Below are positions 1-11,077 of a DNA stretch of 64,000 nt, piece after piece (position 1 is the stretch's first letter; each line of letters begins with the position of its first letter). The notes under the pieces are model-generated. The model ran no database searches, was not told the DNA's origin, and saw nothing but the letters and a program-made list of their open reading frames with translations. Source of the stretch: Microbotryum violaceum (taxonomy: Eukaryota); contig CDLV01000007.1 in assembly GCA_001244265.2 (NCBI GenBank), positions 1,302,001 through 1,366,000 of the forward strand, written 5' to 3'. The position numbers and the translations under genes were made by a program.

Positions 1-309
1 GGCCGCGGACGACGCCAACGAGCCGGACTTCTTATTGCGAGCTCCCGGGGGTCCCCTCGGCTTGGGTGGCAAAAGCTTGGGAGCATTCGTCGTAGGTGCC
101 GAAGCGGCCTCGTCGCCGGAAAAGTCGGGCAGTTGACCGTCGTAGCCGTCCTCGTCGTCCACGGTCGCACCGTTGCCGGTGGAGGGTGGGGCAGCTTCCG
201 CAGCGACGTCTTGCGCTTGCGGAGCAGATGAGGTCGATGCCGTGGCCGATGAAGTGGGATCTGCACTAGTCGAGTGCTCGGATGTGCGCGGTACATCTGT
301 GAATGCCAT
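1..309 (-). CDS. 5' part of a gene running off the window; low-complexity N-terminus, product unknown
   Basis: ATG at 309-307 opens a stop-free frame to position 1 (MAFTDVPRTSEHSTSADPT...DDEDGYDGQLPDFSGDE...KPRGPPGARNKKSG); divergent from the next gene. Confidence 0.5.
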   Translation of the reverse strand, partial: MAFTDVPRTSEHSTSADPTSSATASTSSAPQAQDVAAEAAPPSTGNGATVDDEDGYDGQLPDFSGDEAASAPTTNAPKLLPPKPRGPPGARNKKSGSLASSAA

Positions 310-440
310 GATTACTCCAAGGTACGATGGTGGAGTCAAGAACGAATGTTTTCTCATGTAAAGGCGCTCTCGCGCGCGGCCTGATGCGCTCGGACCTCCT
401 CCACGTCGCGTGTCCTCCTGTCCCCCGTTGTCCCCCTGTC

Positions 441-479
441 TTGACGGAGAGGCTTGACGGAGAGGCCTGACGGAGGGGC
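441..479. repeat. Three tandem 13-bp units (YTGACGGAGRGGC) in a divergent promoter
   Basis: ttgacggagaggc ttgacggagaggc ctgacggaggggc read directly. Confidence 0.8.
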
Positions 480-537
480 TTCCGTGGGCTTCCGCTGGCT
501 TCCGTGTTCACACTCGCTCTCTCTCCTCTCTCTCAAC

Positions 538-3500
538 ATGGCGCGTCCCTCCTCCTCCCGCCCCCCTTCGCGCGCCAACACGCCCCACAAGACCTCGCTG
601 CCCGTCGAACTGCTGCAGCTGGTGTATACAGCCGCCCAAGTCCCGCCCGAGAACGACGACGACGAGCACGTCCCGTTGCCGCTCGCACGGGTACGGCGTC
701 ACCTCGATGCTTTGTATGACCCGCAGCGACAGGGCATAGCAAGAGGGAGGAGTCCGCTCGTAGCCAATGTATACGCGTAAGTCTGCGCTGGAGCTCTGGT
801 CCAGGTGTTTCCCAAGCTGAGGAGCTTCGACGACGCGCCGCCGGCACGATGATAGACTCGCGGAGAGGTACAAGGTCGAGGCCGATTCGAATGAGATACT
901 CGGGCAACAACTCGAGTCAACACTACACAGACTATTCCTCGCTTCAGAGAGGGACGAGGGCCTACTTCGAGTGAGCACCGTTCCCGCTCCTTTGAACCAA
1001 CAGCACTACACCCCCTCACGTGACCTCATCCTTTCTGCTCCCAGCCCGACCGAGTTCCCGATGCGCTACAATTCCTTCTCGCTCTGGCTTCCCCACCCAC
1101 ATCCGCAACCTTGGACTATGCCAAACTGTCGTCGCTTCAGGATACCCAACCTACCGCTGCAGCAACAGCTCCGACCCAAGTCGACTGGAAAACTCTGGTC
1201 GCCGGCTACGAGGGTGAACAAGATTGGGCACCACTGCCCTCGGCATACACCATCCCAGCCGAGTCATCCTCCGAAGATGAAGAAGAAAATGGACTCTCGT
1301 CCAGCTCTTCATTCAGCTCGGGCAACGACGACCACGACCTCCCCCTTACACCCGACGCGCCTCGGACTCGAAGGAAACAAACTCGATCACAACCCATCAT
1401 CCTACAAGGCGCTTCAAGCGTGATCCAACCGATCGAACCAGATTTTGAAGCGAGATTGAAGCTCATCAAAGAACAGTATTGGGATGGTTCAGGGCCTACA
1501 TCTCTGGATCCGCACGCCCATTTCAAGTCTAGTGATCCTAGCACGCTGATGGTCGGGCTGCAACGCGTGGGCTTGGAACAGGAATCACATGGGCGTCACT
1601 CGAGGCTTTTTTGGAGCGAGGTTGACCTTTATCGCGATGTCTTGGGAGCGCTTCAGGCGAGAAAGGACGCAGGGCTGTTCGTCAAGACCGCAGATGGATA
1701 TAAGGTAAGCAGAAAGTCGTCCGGACGAGGGAGTTGCTAAAAAAGGTTAAATCACGCCGTTCCGTCCAGGTCTCTCCTCGTGCCCCTTCCTTGCTGCATC
1801 TTTCGACCCAGTCGCTTCATTCACTCCTTGCGTCCTTCACGCCGACGCTAGATCTTTTGAAGATGATCGATAGGTTCCTGAGGTCGACCATCTTTGTACG
1901 ATCCATCACGGCTTCCTCAGCTCGATCAACCTCGATTGATGCGTTCGCATACTCGGTCAACGACATGATCGTGCGACCCTTTCGGAAATGGTGCACCTCA
2001 CTCGAATCGGAACTTCTCTCACCTCTCGAAACCTCGACCATCTCTCTACTAGGCCTTGCAAATCAAGTTCAGGACCGTCAGGAGCCGTTGTTCGTCATTA
2101 CGGATCTGATTCGACGGATCACCTCCTTTCCTGCTTCGACTTCGTCCTCTCTCGTCACGTCCGATCTCCTCGACAACTTGCAAGAAAGGATCGATCATTA
2201 CCGAGCTCTGTCAGCGAAGACGATCGAGGTTACTTTGATTGAGGTATGGTGTGCCACCGCAACGCCCCTATGGGCCTCATTGGGAGCCTGGATCCGATTT
2301 GGTCGACTTGTACCGCGCAGGAACGAACAAACTCGATACTTCTTTGTCTCAGAGAACGAAGAACTTGATGTTATGGACGCGGAATATTACCAAGAGGGAT
2401 ATATCGTCGATCAACATGTGCCCAAATTTCTCAAAGGTTTGGCGCAAGCGATCGTGGGGTGTGGGAAAGCGAAAGGGTTGTCGAAGGTGATTAGCGGGGG
2501 AATCGATGAGGAGGCGCAAGTTTTGGAATGGCCCAACTTGAGGGAGCTCGTCGAAAGATCGCAACATGGACCGATGCCGGACCTGCAGACGACCGCTTTC
2601 GGGAACACGAATTACGACCGCGCCTCGTCACCCCCTCCTAACCTCGTCCCCTTCTCCCAATCTCTCACCCTCTCGATCGAGCAACTATGTCTCCCCACCT
2701 TCGAACAAGTTCACCTGACCTTGCATCGAACCATCATCAACGAGTGTCGACTCGACCAACATCTGTCTGCCGTTCAAGGGGTCTTTCTGATGCGGGACGG
2801 CACTTTAATGGATGACTTTATCAGTGATATCTTTCACAAGGTGCGTACGAATCACATTATCATTACCGAATGGATGGGAGGTCTAAGACCTAGATTGGGT
2901 CTCGGGTCACATAGATGGATCGACGTCTCCCTTGGTCCGATTACCATAGCTTGAATTCAGCGTGGGCGCGAGCTTCAGCTGGACACCCTGCATCATCCTT
3001 CATCTGTGTTCGTTCAAAGACTCAACGATTCAGAACCTCTGGGTTTGGAGCTTTGAAGCGATTGCATCTCGAATACGCCGTCCCATGGCCGCTCAACTAC
3101 ATCATCACACCCTCGACTCTCGACACCTGCTCTCGCATCTTCACTATGCTCTTGTGCATCCAAAGAGCAAGACACGTACTTGACCAAACCATCTTGCTCA
3201 AGCTCGACCCGATCCACTCGATCCAGATCTCTGCCAAAGCACTGCGATCTTATCTCGCACTGAAGAGCCGCTTGGGATGGTGCATCCGTACCCTGCAAAG
3301 CTTCTTCATGTCTTTCGTCATTGAATCGGAAGTCCGGTCGTTGAAGGACAAGTTAGATACGACGAAAGAGCTGGATGGGTTGATCGAGTTGTGGAGAGCG
3401 TCAATGGGGAGGCTAAGAACGGGTTTGCTGTTGAATGAATCGGTAGGTTCGATTGCCGCTTCATCCAGTCAGACTTGTGCTGACTTGACTTGGTAAAACT

Positions 3501-3910
3501 TACGATAGGCGGAAGGATTTCAGGAAGCCTTGTATGCGATTCTCGATCTAGGAGTCGAGTTGTCTGGCCTTTGGACCGAAATTGTCGACCCTCTCGGTAA
3601 GGCGACTACTCGTCATTCAACTACGAAACGACACCGTCGACGCGTTTCAACACTCGACCCCTCAGATGAAGAAGATCAAGCCCCATCAGACGACTCTAAA
3701 CAAACTCCCGCCAAGCGTATTTCCTCTACTCTGAGCTCGGAAAGCTTTGCGGACCGTCTCGTGCGAATGGATCGAGATTTGTCTACTCAGGTCGAGGTGC
3801 TCCGTACTTCGGTGTACGAGTTGACGAAGGAGGGCAAGTCGAGTCCTGAAAGGGAAGTGTTGGAGGTGTTGAGTGGGGTCTTGGAGCAGTGGAAAACTAG
3901 TGTGATGTAG
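538..3910 (+). CDS. Gamma-tubulin complex component, Spc97/Spc98 family, most like GCP5; multi-exon
   Basis: GRIP-domain motifs HLSAVQGVFLMRDG and LHLEYAVPWPLNYII...CSRIFTMLLCIQRA; VPKFLKGLAQAIVGCGK; ORFs 454,1111,1734,2915,3530 joined by GT-AG introns. Confidence 0.8.
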
Positions 3911-4232
3911 TCGATCGGTATTTGTGGGAATGCCAATAGATCGTCTCGGATTGGTTGGCTCGCTACGACACCGATCGCCGAGAGCCGCCGCGGTGACGAT
4001 CTGACAATTTGAGTTCTTGACGGGTCGAGTCGTGCCTGGCGTTGCTCTTGCAATCCGCATCATCCCTCATCCAGGCGCTTTTCATACCTCGAGACCAAGC
4101 ACTTCAAACCTTGCACTCTGTCCTTTGATCTCCCCCTTATTGGCTGCACCACTGGCGCTGCTCCATCTCCGCCTTCCCTGGCGCCACATCGAGCGATCAA
4201 TCTTCCGCTTCGCCACCGCTTCATCAAGACTC

Positions 4233-5696
4233 ATGGCCCGGACGAACAGCTCACCCGCCGCATCAGGAAGCCTGCGATCAACTCGTTCGACGTACAACTC
4301 GCGTGTGACGCTTTATGAAGCTCCCTCCACCTCCACAACGACGAGCACCTCATCCTCCACTTCCAGCCTGACCCCGATCAAACGTCGTTCTACTCGGTCC
4401 TCACCCTTGAAGCAGGAGGATCAAGCCTATCAAGAGGGACAGGAGGAAGTCAAGCCCACTTTCAATCAAAAGATCAAAAAAGAACCCTCCCCAAGGAAGC
4501 CGACGGCTTTTGTGGTCAAGTTGGACAAGGCGCATCCTGAACCCAAGCGATGGAGGGAGGCGTATGAGACCATTCGCGAGCAGAGAAAGAGGGTTCGTTC
4601 TCTCCGAGTCTGTTGATGAAGGGCCTTGCTGGGAGACTGATCTGGATTTCGTTTGGTGCTCTAGATCATTGCACCCGTGGATACTATGGGGTGTGAACAA
4701 GGTGGAAGGGAGAGGGATACCGCTCCGCCCTCGGAGAAGGTGAGCTCCTCTGATCCCATCAAACGCACTCAGCTGCTCATAGCACGTTACACATACTGCA
4801 TCTCAATACACAACAGGACAACCGCCTCTCAATCCTCGTATCGCTCATGCTCTCCTCCCAAACCAAAGACCCCGTCACCCATCAAGCCGTGAAAAACCTG
4901 CGCGAACAACTCCCCAACGGGCTCTGCCTTGATTCCCTCCTCTCCGCCACTCCCGAACAAATCGACGCAGCGATCTGTAAAGTCGGCTTCCACAATATCA
5001 AAACAGCCAATTTGAAGAAGCTTGCGATCCGACTCAAGGAAATGCACGGTGGGGACGTTCCCTCGGATCTGACGGAATTGTTGGCGATCAATGGCGTCGG
5101 ACCAAAAATGGCGATCCTCTACCTCCAAGCGATCGGTATCAACGCCGGTATTGGAGTCGACGTACATGTGCATCGTATTTCGAATCGATTGGGGTGGCAT
5201 AAACCGGTGACGAATACGCCGGAACAGACCAGATTGAACCTTGAGAGTTGGTTGCCCAAGGAGGAGCACCCCAAGATCAACTTGCAAGTTCCCTTTCGGC
5301 ACGGCCGAGATTGAGACCTTCTACAAGCTGATCCGAGATCCCTGTTTTTCAATATCTTACAGGATGCTCGTCGGCTTTGGTCAAGAGATTTGTAAACCCG
5401 TTGGCCCTCGATGCGACTTATGCGACGTGGCCAAGGTGCCTCGACTTTGTCCTTCCAAGCGATCAGTCGTCCCTCCTTCACCTCGCAAGACACCGAAAAA
5501 AGCGGAGGGGGAAGAAGACGACCTGCCACCTCTACCGCACTTGCCTAAGGTCGAGATCGAAGTTGATACCAAAGCCGAGGTCAAGAGGGAGGTCAATGAT
5601 GGAGTGATAGGAGTCATAGCGACAACGGCAGTCAAGGAGACCGAGTTCAGGGCCAAACCCGAGCCTGAATCGCCGAAGAAGCCGCTTATTTGGTAG
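4233..5696 (+). CDS. NTH1: Endonuclease III-like DNA glycosylase/AP lyase
   Basis: MLSSQTKD, helix-hairpin-helix GVGPKMA, GIGVDVHVHRISNRLGW, LVGFGQEIC and Fe-S cluster motif CKPVGPRCDLC...LCP. Confidence 0.93.
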
Positions 5697-5800
5697 ACAA
5701 ATGACAGTATTGCACGTGAGTTTTGTGACAAGATGAAACAGCTATTCACATATGGCACATGCACCACAACAAGAGGCACAAAAGTGTCCGTGTCCCGGAT

Positions 5801-8800
5801 TCAGTGATGCGGGTTGAAAGGGTTGCGGTCCCCCCACCTGACCTTCTTCCCGCTCGCGGTTGTGAAGGTGCTCGTATCGCTATAAGCGCTCGTACCCGTA
5901 TCCTGAGGCTGTAGAGGTGGCATTGGAGCAGGTCGAGAAGGTGTCGGATGAACAACTGACCGATACGATACGTTGGACCAACGATTCTGGTGATGTGAGG
6001 CCTCTTCCTTGGTCCTCTCAAGCTCCTTCTTCAAATCATGTACCTTGATCCCCTCCAACTCATGTGCTTCCCCATCCCTCTTCCCCGATTTATAGTGACT
6101 CGTATCAAACCTCCTCGGCGTCAGAGGAACTGTTTCCATCAAGACCGGATCAACCTCCTCCTCCGCTTTAGGAACGACGGGATTGGCGATGACGGGATCG
6201 AGTTTCTGTAGTTTGAGTTTGACCTCGTGATGGCCTAGATCCAGACCGAAACGTTCGGTCCGTTTACGACGACGGGCTTTGTCTTTACGACGCCACCACC
6301 AAAAGCCGCCGAGGAGGGAGAAGAGGGTGAGGAGGAGGGAGAGCAGTATCCACCACCAAGGAAGCTTTTTCTTAGAGCTGACCGGGGCCGAATCGGCTAC
6401 CGAAACGACGACGAGTTGGGAGAGGCACGCTCCGAAACCAGGGATGACTTGGCACGAGTTTGTGGAAGCGACGCATGCGCCGGATGAAAGGACGGTGTTA
6501 GATCCTGAGGGACAAGAGAGACAATCGCTCGTTCCGGGTCCTGAACATGTTCCGCAGGTAGAAGAACAGCTTTGACAAGAGGTCGACGATGTGTCGTAGT
6601 ATTGCGACGAGGAACACGCGAGAAGGCAACGTCCCGAGCTCAATACCGGTCGGCTGGTGGGGCAGGTCAAGCATGTGGTGAAGGAAGTGCCGCAGGTTGC
6701 GCAGTCGGGATGACAGGCCACGCAGGTCGAGTTCGCTGCGGTATAGAAGCCTTCAGGACAGGAGGAGACGCATTTGCCATTCAAGAGGACCTGGTTCAAA
6801 TTTGCGCAGCTGAGGCATGCGCTCGGCGTACTGCCGTAGCAAGTCGAACATGACGAGTCACAGGCTGTAAGGGCGGTAAGGTTTGTCAGCTCCCGAGAAA
6901 AGCTCCGGATAGTCCGTCCAGATGATCTGAGCTTACGGACGCAAGACGTCTCGTCAGTGGAGACCGCGGTACCATTTGGGCAAGGGTTGTAGCAGATGCC
7001 TTGGTACAGATACGACCCAGGAACGCAGGTCGAGCATGTCACACCGGATCTCAGTGATCCAGAAGAGAAGTTGTCGATGCCACCAGCGCTACACTTGGCG
7101 GGGAGGGCTGTAGAGCATGAGCGTCAGTCCAATGTGATCGCAGCGATGATGTGGTGCGTGCGACTGCGACTGACCGTCGCATTCATGCTTCGTGTTGTCA
7201 AACACCCAAACCGCGTTGGCCTTGTATTTCGTCTCTTGTGCTGAGTTGCACACTCCCGTCTTGGTACTGACGGCGACACACTGCCCATTGAGCAACCCAT
7301 TCGGACTCCTACAGGTCAAACAACCCCCTGTCCCCGTCGTATAGCACGTTTCACACAAAGGATTGCAGTCGATGCAAGATTGCGATGTCGAGTCGTAATA
7401 GGTTCTTGCCGCACAGGTGATGAAAGTGCCGTTTGCAGAGGTGGAAGTGGCGGTGATACACTTGGTGGCGTCCGTAGAGTCGGGTTGGAGCCCTGATTGA
7501 CAAGTCAGGCATGTCCCCGACGGGGAGCTACACGAGGCACAAGATGCGTCGCATGCTGAGCGTCTCGTCCCAAAAGTGTAAGATTACAGATTCATCAGTA
7601 CGAGGTATATATCATTGATGGACTCACCAAGGCAATCCCCGCCATTCGTTTGATAGTATCCCGTCGCGCATGCTCCGCACTGTGTTCCATTGGCCGCGGT
7701 CGACCATCCAGCACTACATGCGCACGTCGCCGAGGAAGAATTGGACGCGCAGATTCCGTTGATGCAGTTACAAGCTGTGAAGCAGCTCCGTCCGATGTCA
7801 GTCAGTCTTCAGAACTCTCTGAGACGAGGCACCGCACTCACTCGAGGGTTGCACGATGCTCGAAGAGCCAACGTCGAGACAGCGGCCTGATCCCGTGACC
7901 CCTTGATCGCAATTGGCGCAATTGGCGGGGCAAGGGAGACAGCTTGATCCGTAATGGCCTGGCTCGCAGATGTCTGAACAATCAAAAATGAAGTAGCTCA
8001 AATCAGTGACCGTAGACCGGTATACAAGTACTCGGGGAGGATCCAAGCCAGACTGACCACACAGCGTCCCCGCCCAGCCCGTCGCACATGCGCACCGCCC
8101 GTCCCCCGTGCACGTCCCTCCGCTCGCACAAGGGGTGGCACAAGCCGAGCTCTGAAGTTGTTGAAACGTGACTTGATTCTTCACAACCGACCGCCATTGC
8201 GATACATCCGCCACACCATCCCATACGACGAAACGCTCCGAACCAGCGTGGAGAATCGCATACACCTCGTTGCTGAGGAGGAGCGAGCTGATCGAACTGC
8301 CTAGTGAGGTCGAGGTGGAATTCGATGCGCTCGTGTTCGTGGCTGGGAGTGCAAGATAGGTTGGAGTGCCTTGGAACAAAATGGATGAGTAGGCAATGAT
8401 CCCTGGTTGTAGAGACACGGTGTATGTCGATCCGAGGGTTCCAGATGACGTGAAGCCGGCAGATGGGGTCGCGGTCGAGGCCGAGGTCGAGGACGGAAAG
8501 GAGAGGAGGGAAGAATTTGCGTTTGTGGATGAGGAGGAAGTATACGTTCCCGGTAAGAGCTTGACCAAGGTCGTGTTTGTTCCATTAGCCCGAGATACAA
8601 CATACACTCCCGCTGTTGTTATGACCAAAGATATTTGGAGCATCAGGCGCCTATGTGTGAATCCGGAGCAAAACAGAGCACATACCTGACAAAGAGTTCG
8701 TCCCCTGAAGACACTGCGTCGCTGTACAGACCGCAGAAGTCACGTTTGTCGAATTGAACGAGGATGGTGTACCGCGCTCAACGAGTGATCGAGCGAACCC

Positions 8801-8923
8801 CTGCGCGCCTGTTGCGGGTGATAAACGCCTTGGTGTGAGCCTGACCGGAGTCAGCTCAGCATGGCCGAGCGAAATAGAGCTGCTGAGAAGGAGCAGTACT
8901 GTCTCGTATCCTCGCAGAATCAT
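5801..8923 (-). CDS. Single-pass type I membrane protein with EGF-like and furin-like (growth-factor-receptor) Cys-rich repeats
   Basis: Signal-like N-terminus (LLLLSSSISLGHA), Ser/Thr-rich region, CASGGTCTGDGRCACATGWAG, repeated CxxCHPDCATC/CDSSCSTC units, TM WWWILLSLLLTLFSLLGGFWWW followed by RRK. Confidence 0.8.
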
Positions 8924-9019
8924 ATTGATATGTTTGGGTATATCAGTATGGGCAGAGGTGTAAGCCTAAAACACTGGCCTGGAGCGAGGGACGGGCTGGG
9001 GAGCGGTGCCAAGCGCCCA

Positions 9020-9130
9020 CCACCTCGAGAACAAAGGGGCGCTCGGTCAGATCGATTCGTCAGGGGCTAATTTGACCGCGCGGGGGCGCGAGCGGCCCAT
9101 GCGCGTCCGCCCACCGCGAGAACAAAGAAA
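9020..9130. promoter_or_regulatory. Duplicated 17-bp element containing the HMG-box site AACAAAG
   Basis: CCACCTCGAGAACAAAG (9020-9036) and CCACCGCGAGAACAAAG (9111-9127), 16/17 identical, upstream of the ATG at 8923. Confidence 0.5.
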
Positions 9131-9444
9131 GTTGGAGGTATCGGCGCCCGCCGAGGCCTGTGCTTACAACGTTCTCTGTTTCGCGTAGTATCAGCGCGCA
9201 CTGCTCTCTGCGGTGATCGTCAGTGCACGAAGGTCGGTGGGTGTTTCCTGAGCTAAGTCATTCAACCAACAACTGGCACGAGTCTCGCTAAGACACCGAC
9301 GCCTTGGCCGAGCACACTTGGGTCCACGCTAGTCTCTAGCTCACGAGAGCCCAAGCGTTGGTGGCCAAGAGCGCGGGTGAACAACCGAATCCGATCCGAA
9401 TGCGAGGTGCTGGTACGGGTATCGTGAGTGTACATTACGCCGCA

Positions 9445-10723
9445 TCACCTCTCGATCCATTCCAACAAAGTTTCGAGTCCCGAAGTTGACCCCACCCCCG
9501 GTGTCGCCTTGTCCTCCTTGACACTCGCCATGGCCCATTCGATCTGAACGTCAAGCTTTTCCCATGCGAACTCTCCCTCAAAGTTGAAAGCACTGATATT
9601 CAACACTTCGGCTTCATCGCTCGGCAGTCCGACCCCGGCGACCTCCTGCTCGAACGGTGGCGGCGCCGTACCAAGGCCGAACAGCCCCATGATCGACTGC
9701 AAGATCGATTGAGAGGTTGCCGACGCAGGGATGGCATCCATTCCTTCCAATCGAGCTCCCGCACGATTCGATGACGTGTGCGAGGCGACTCGCCGTCGTT
9801 CCATCTCGCGGGCGAGCGACTGGCGGGCCCGGTCGAGCGTGAGCGATGCAGATTTGCTCGGTACGAGATCCGACTTGGCGAGCAGAATCAAGATTGGTGG
9901 CGGGTCCCGATGAGTCAAGCTGGACAGTTCCGAGAGGAGGGACAAGACGACATGAAGGTGTCTGCGAACGAGGCAGCGGGATCAGCTCAGCTCGGTGAAG
10001 GATTGGTGGACAACCAGAGCCGAAGCGAGGAGAAGCAGGTTCTTACTCCCCAGTCTCTTGAACGCTCTTGCCCGAGGTACCATTGATGGCGTCGACGACG
10101 AAGACGACCCGATCGGTCGTAGGTAAGAATTGGGTAAGCGATCGAGTGCGAAGGCGAGGGTGACCGGGGGTGTCGACGAGATGGTATGGCCGTTGAAGCT
10201 TTTCGGGACCGAGCTGCGGGTGCTGCAACCGCCGGATGACACTGTTACAGTTTGGCCGAATCAAGCAAATTGGCGTGGAAGCACACACCTCTTTTGCACT
10301 CTTCTCGTCTAGCCCGTCGTTGCTCGCGGTCGTCCACTTGGACTCTACGAGGGCTTCGTTCTCCTCCATCGACGTATGCGTCATAAGATGCTGATTATAT
10401 AAAAGCTGGTTGGTACAATTCCATGTGAGCCTCAAGTCCATGTGTTGTACATTCTTTGTATCGGGGCGTACTTTGTAGAAGAGCGCCGTCTTGCCTGCTC
10501 CCATCGGCCCAGCGAGCACGACCGTGCTGGTACCCTTGGGCTGCGCTTTCCGCTTTGTCGGTGCATTACGAGGCGAGAAGAAGGCGACGAGGAGAAAGAC
10601 GAGAAGCACGGCGAGCGACACGAAGATGCGCATCGGTGACAAGGTGCCCATCGCAATCAATGGGGCTACCTCAGGCGTCGCCAGCGGTGATGCTGCTCCG
10701 GCGACGTGCACAGGAGTGGCCAT
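9445..10723 (-). CDS. SRP102: Signal recognition particle receptor beta subunit
   Basis: N-terminal TM, P-loop GPMGAGKT, THTS, LVDTPGHPRLR, VVFVVDA, ILILLAKSDL, C-terminal LLEWIE. Confidence 0.9.
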
Positions 10724-11077
10724 ACTCGGTGTAGCAAACGTGACTTGTGGCGGTACCTTGCAGTGGGCGAGTGCGCTGGGTCTCTGTGGCGAGTGGGTGG
10801 CAGGGAAAGCTCCGCTTCACGCCGTGGCTCGTCGATGTGGGGGTCAGGCTCTCCCAACGAAGCCGGCAAGAAGCGGCACAGGGTCCCGGCAGCAAGATCA
10901 TAAGCTCGGCTTCTCGCATTAGTTCGTAGTGTGTTGCTCAATAATATTTCAAACTCTTGCATATTAGACAAAGGCAAAAAGTAATGAACCTGAAGTCGAT
11001 AAAAGGCATCTTGGCGAATATTCATAGGACAATCCCTCAGATCTTTAGTGGAATCCTCAAGCTCGGTAGTACGCTCA

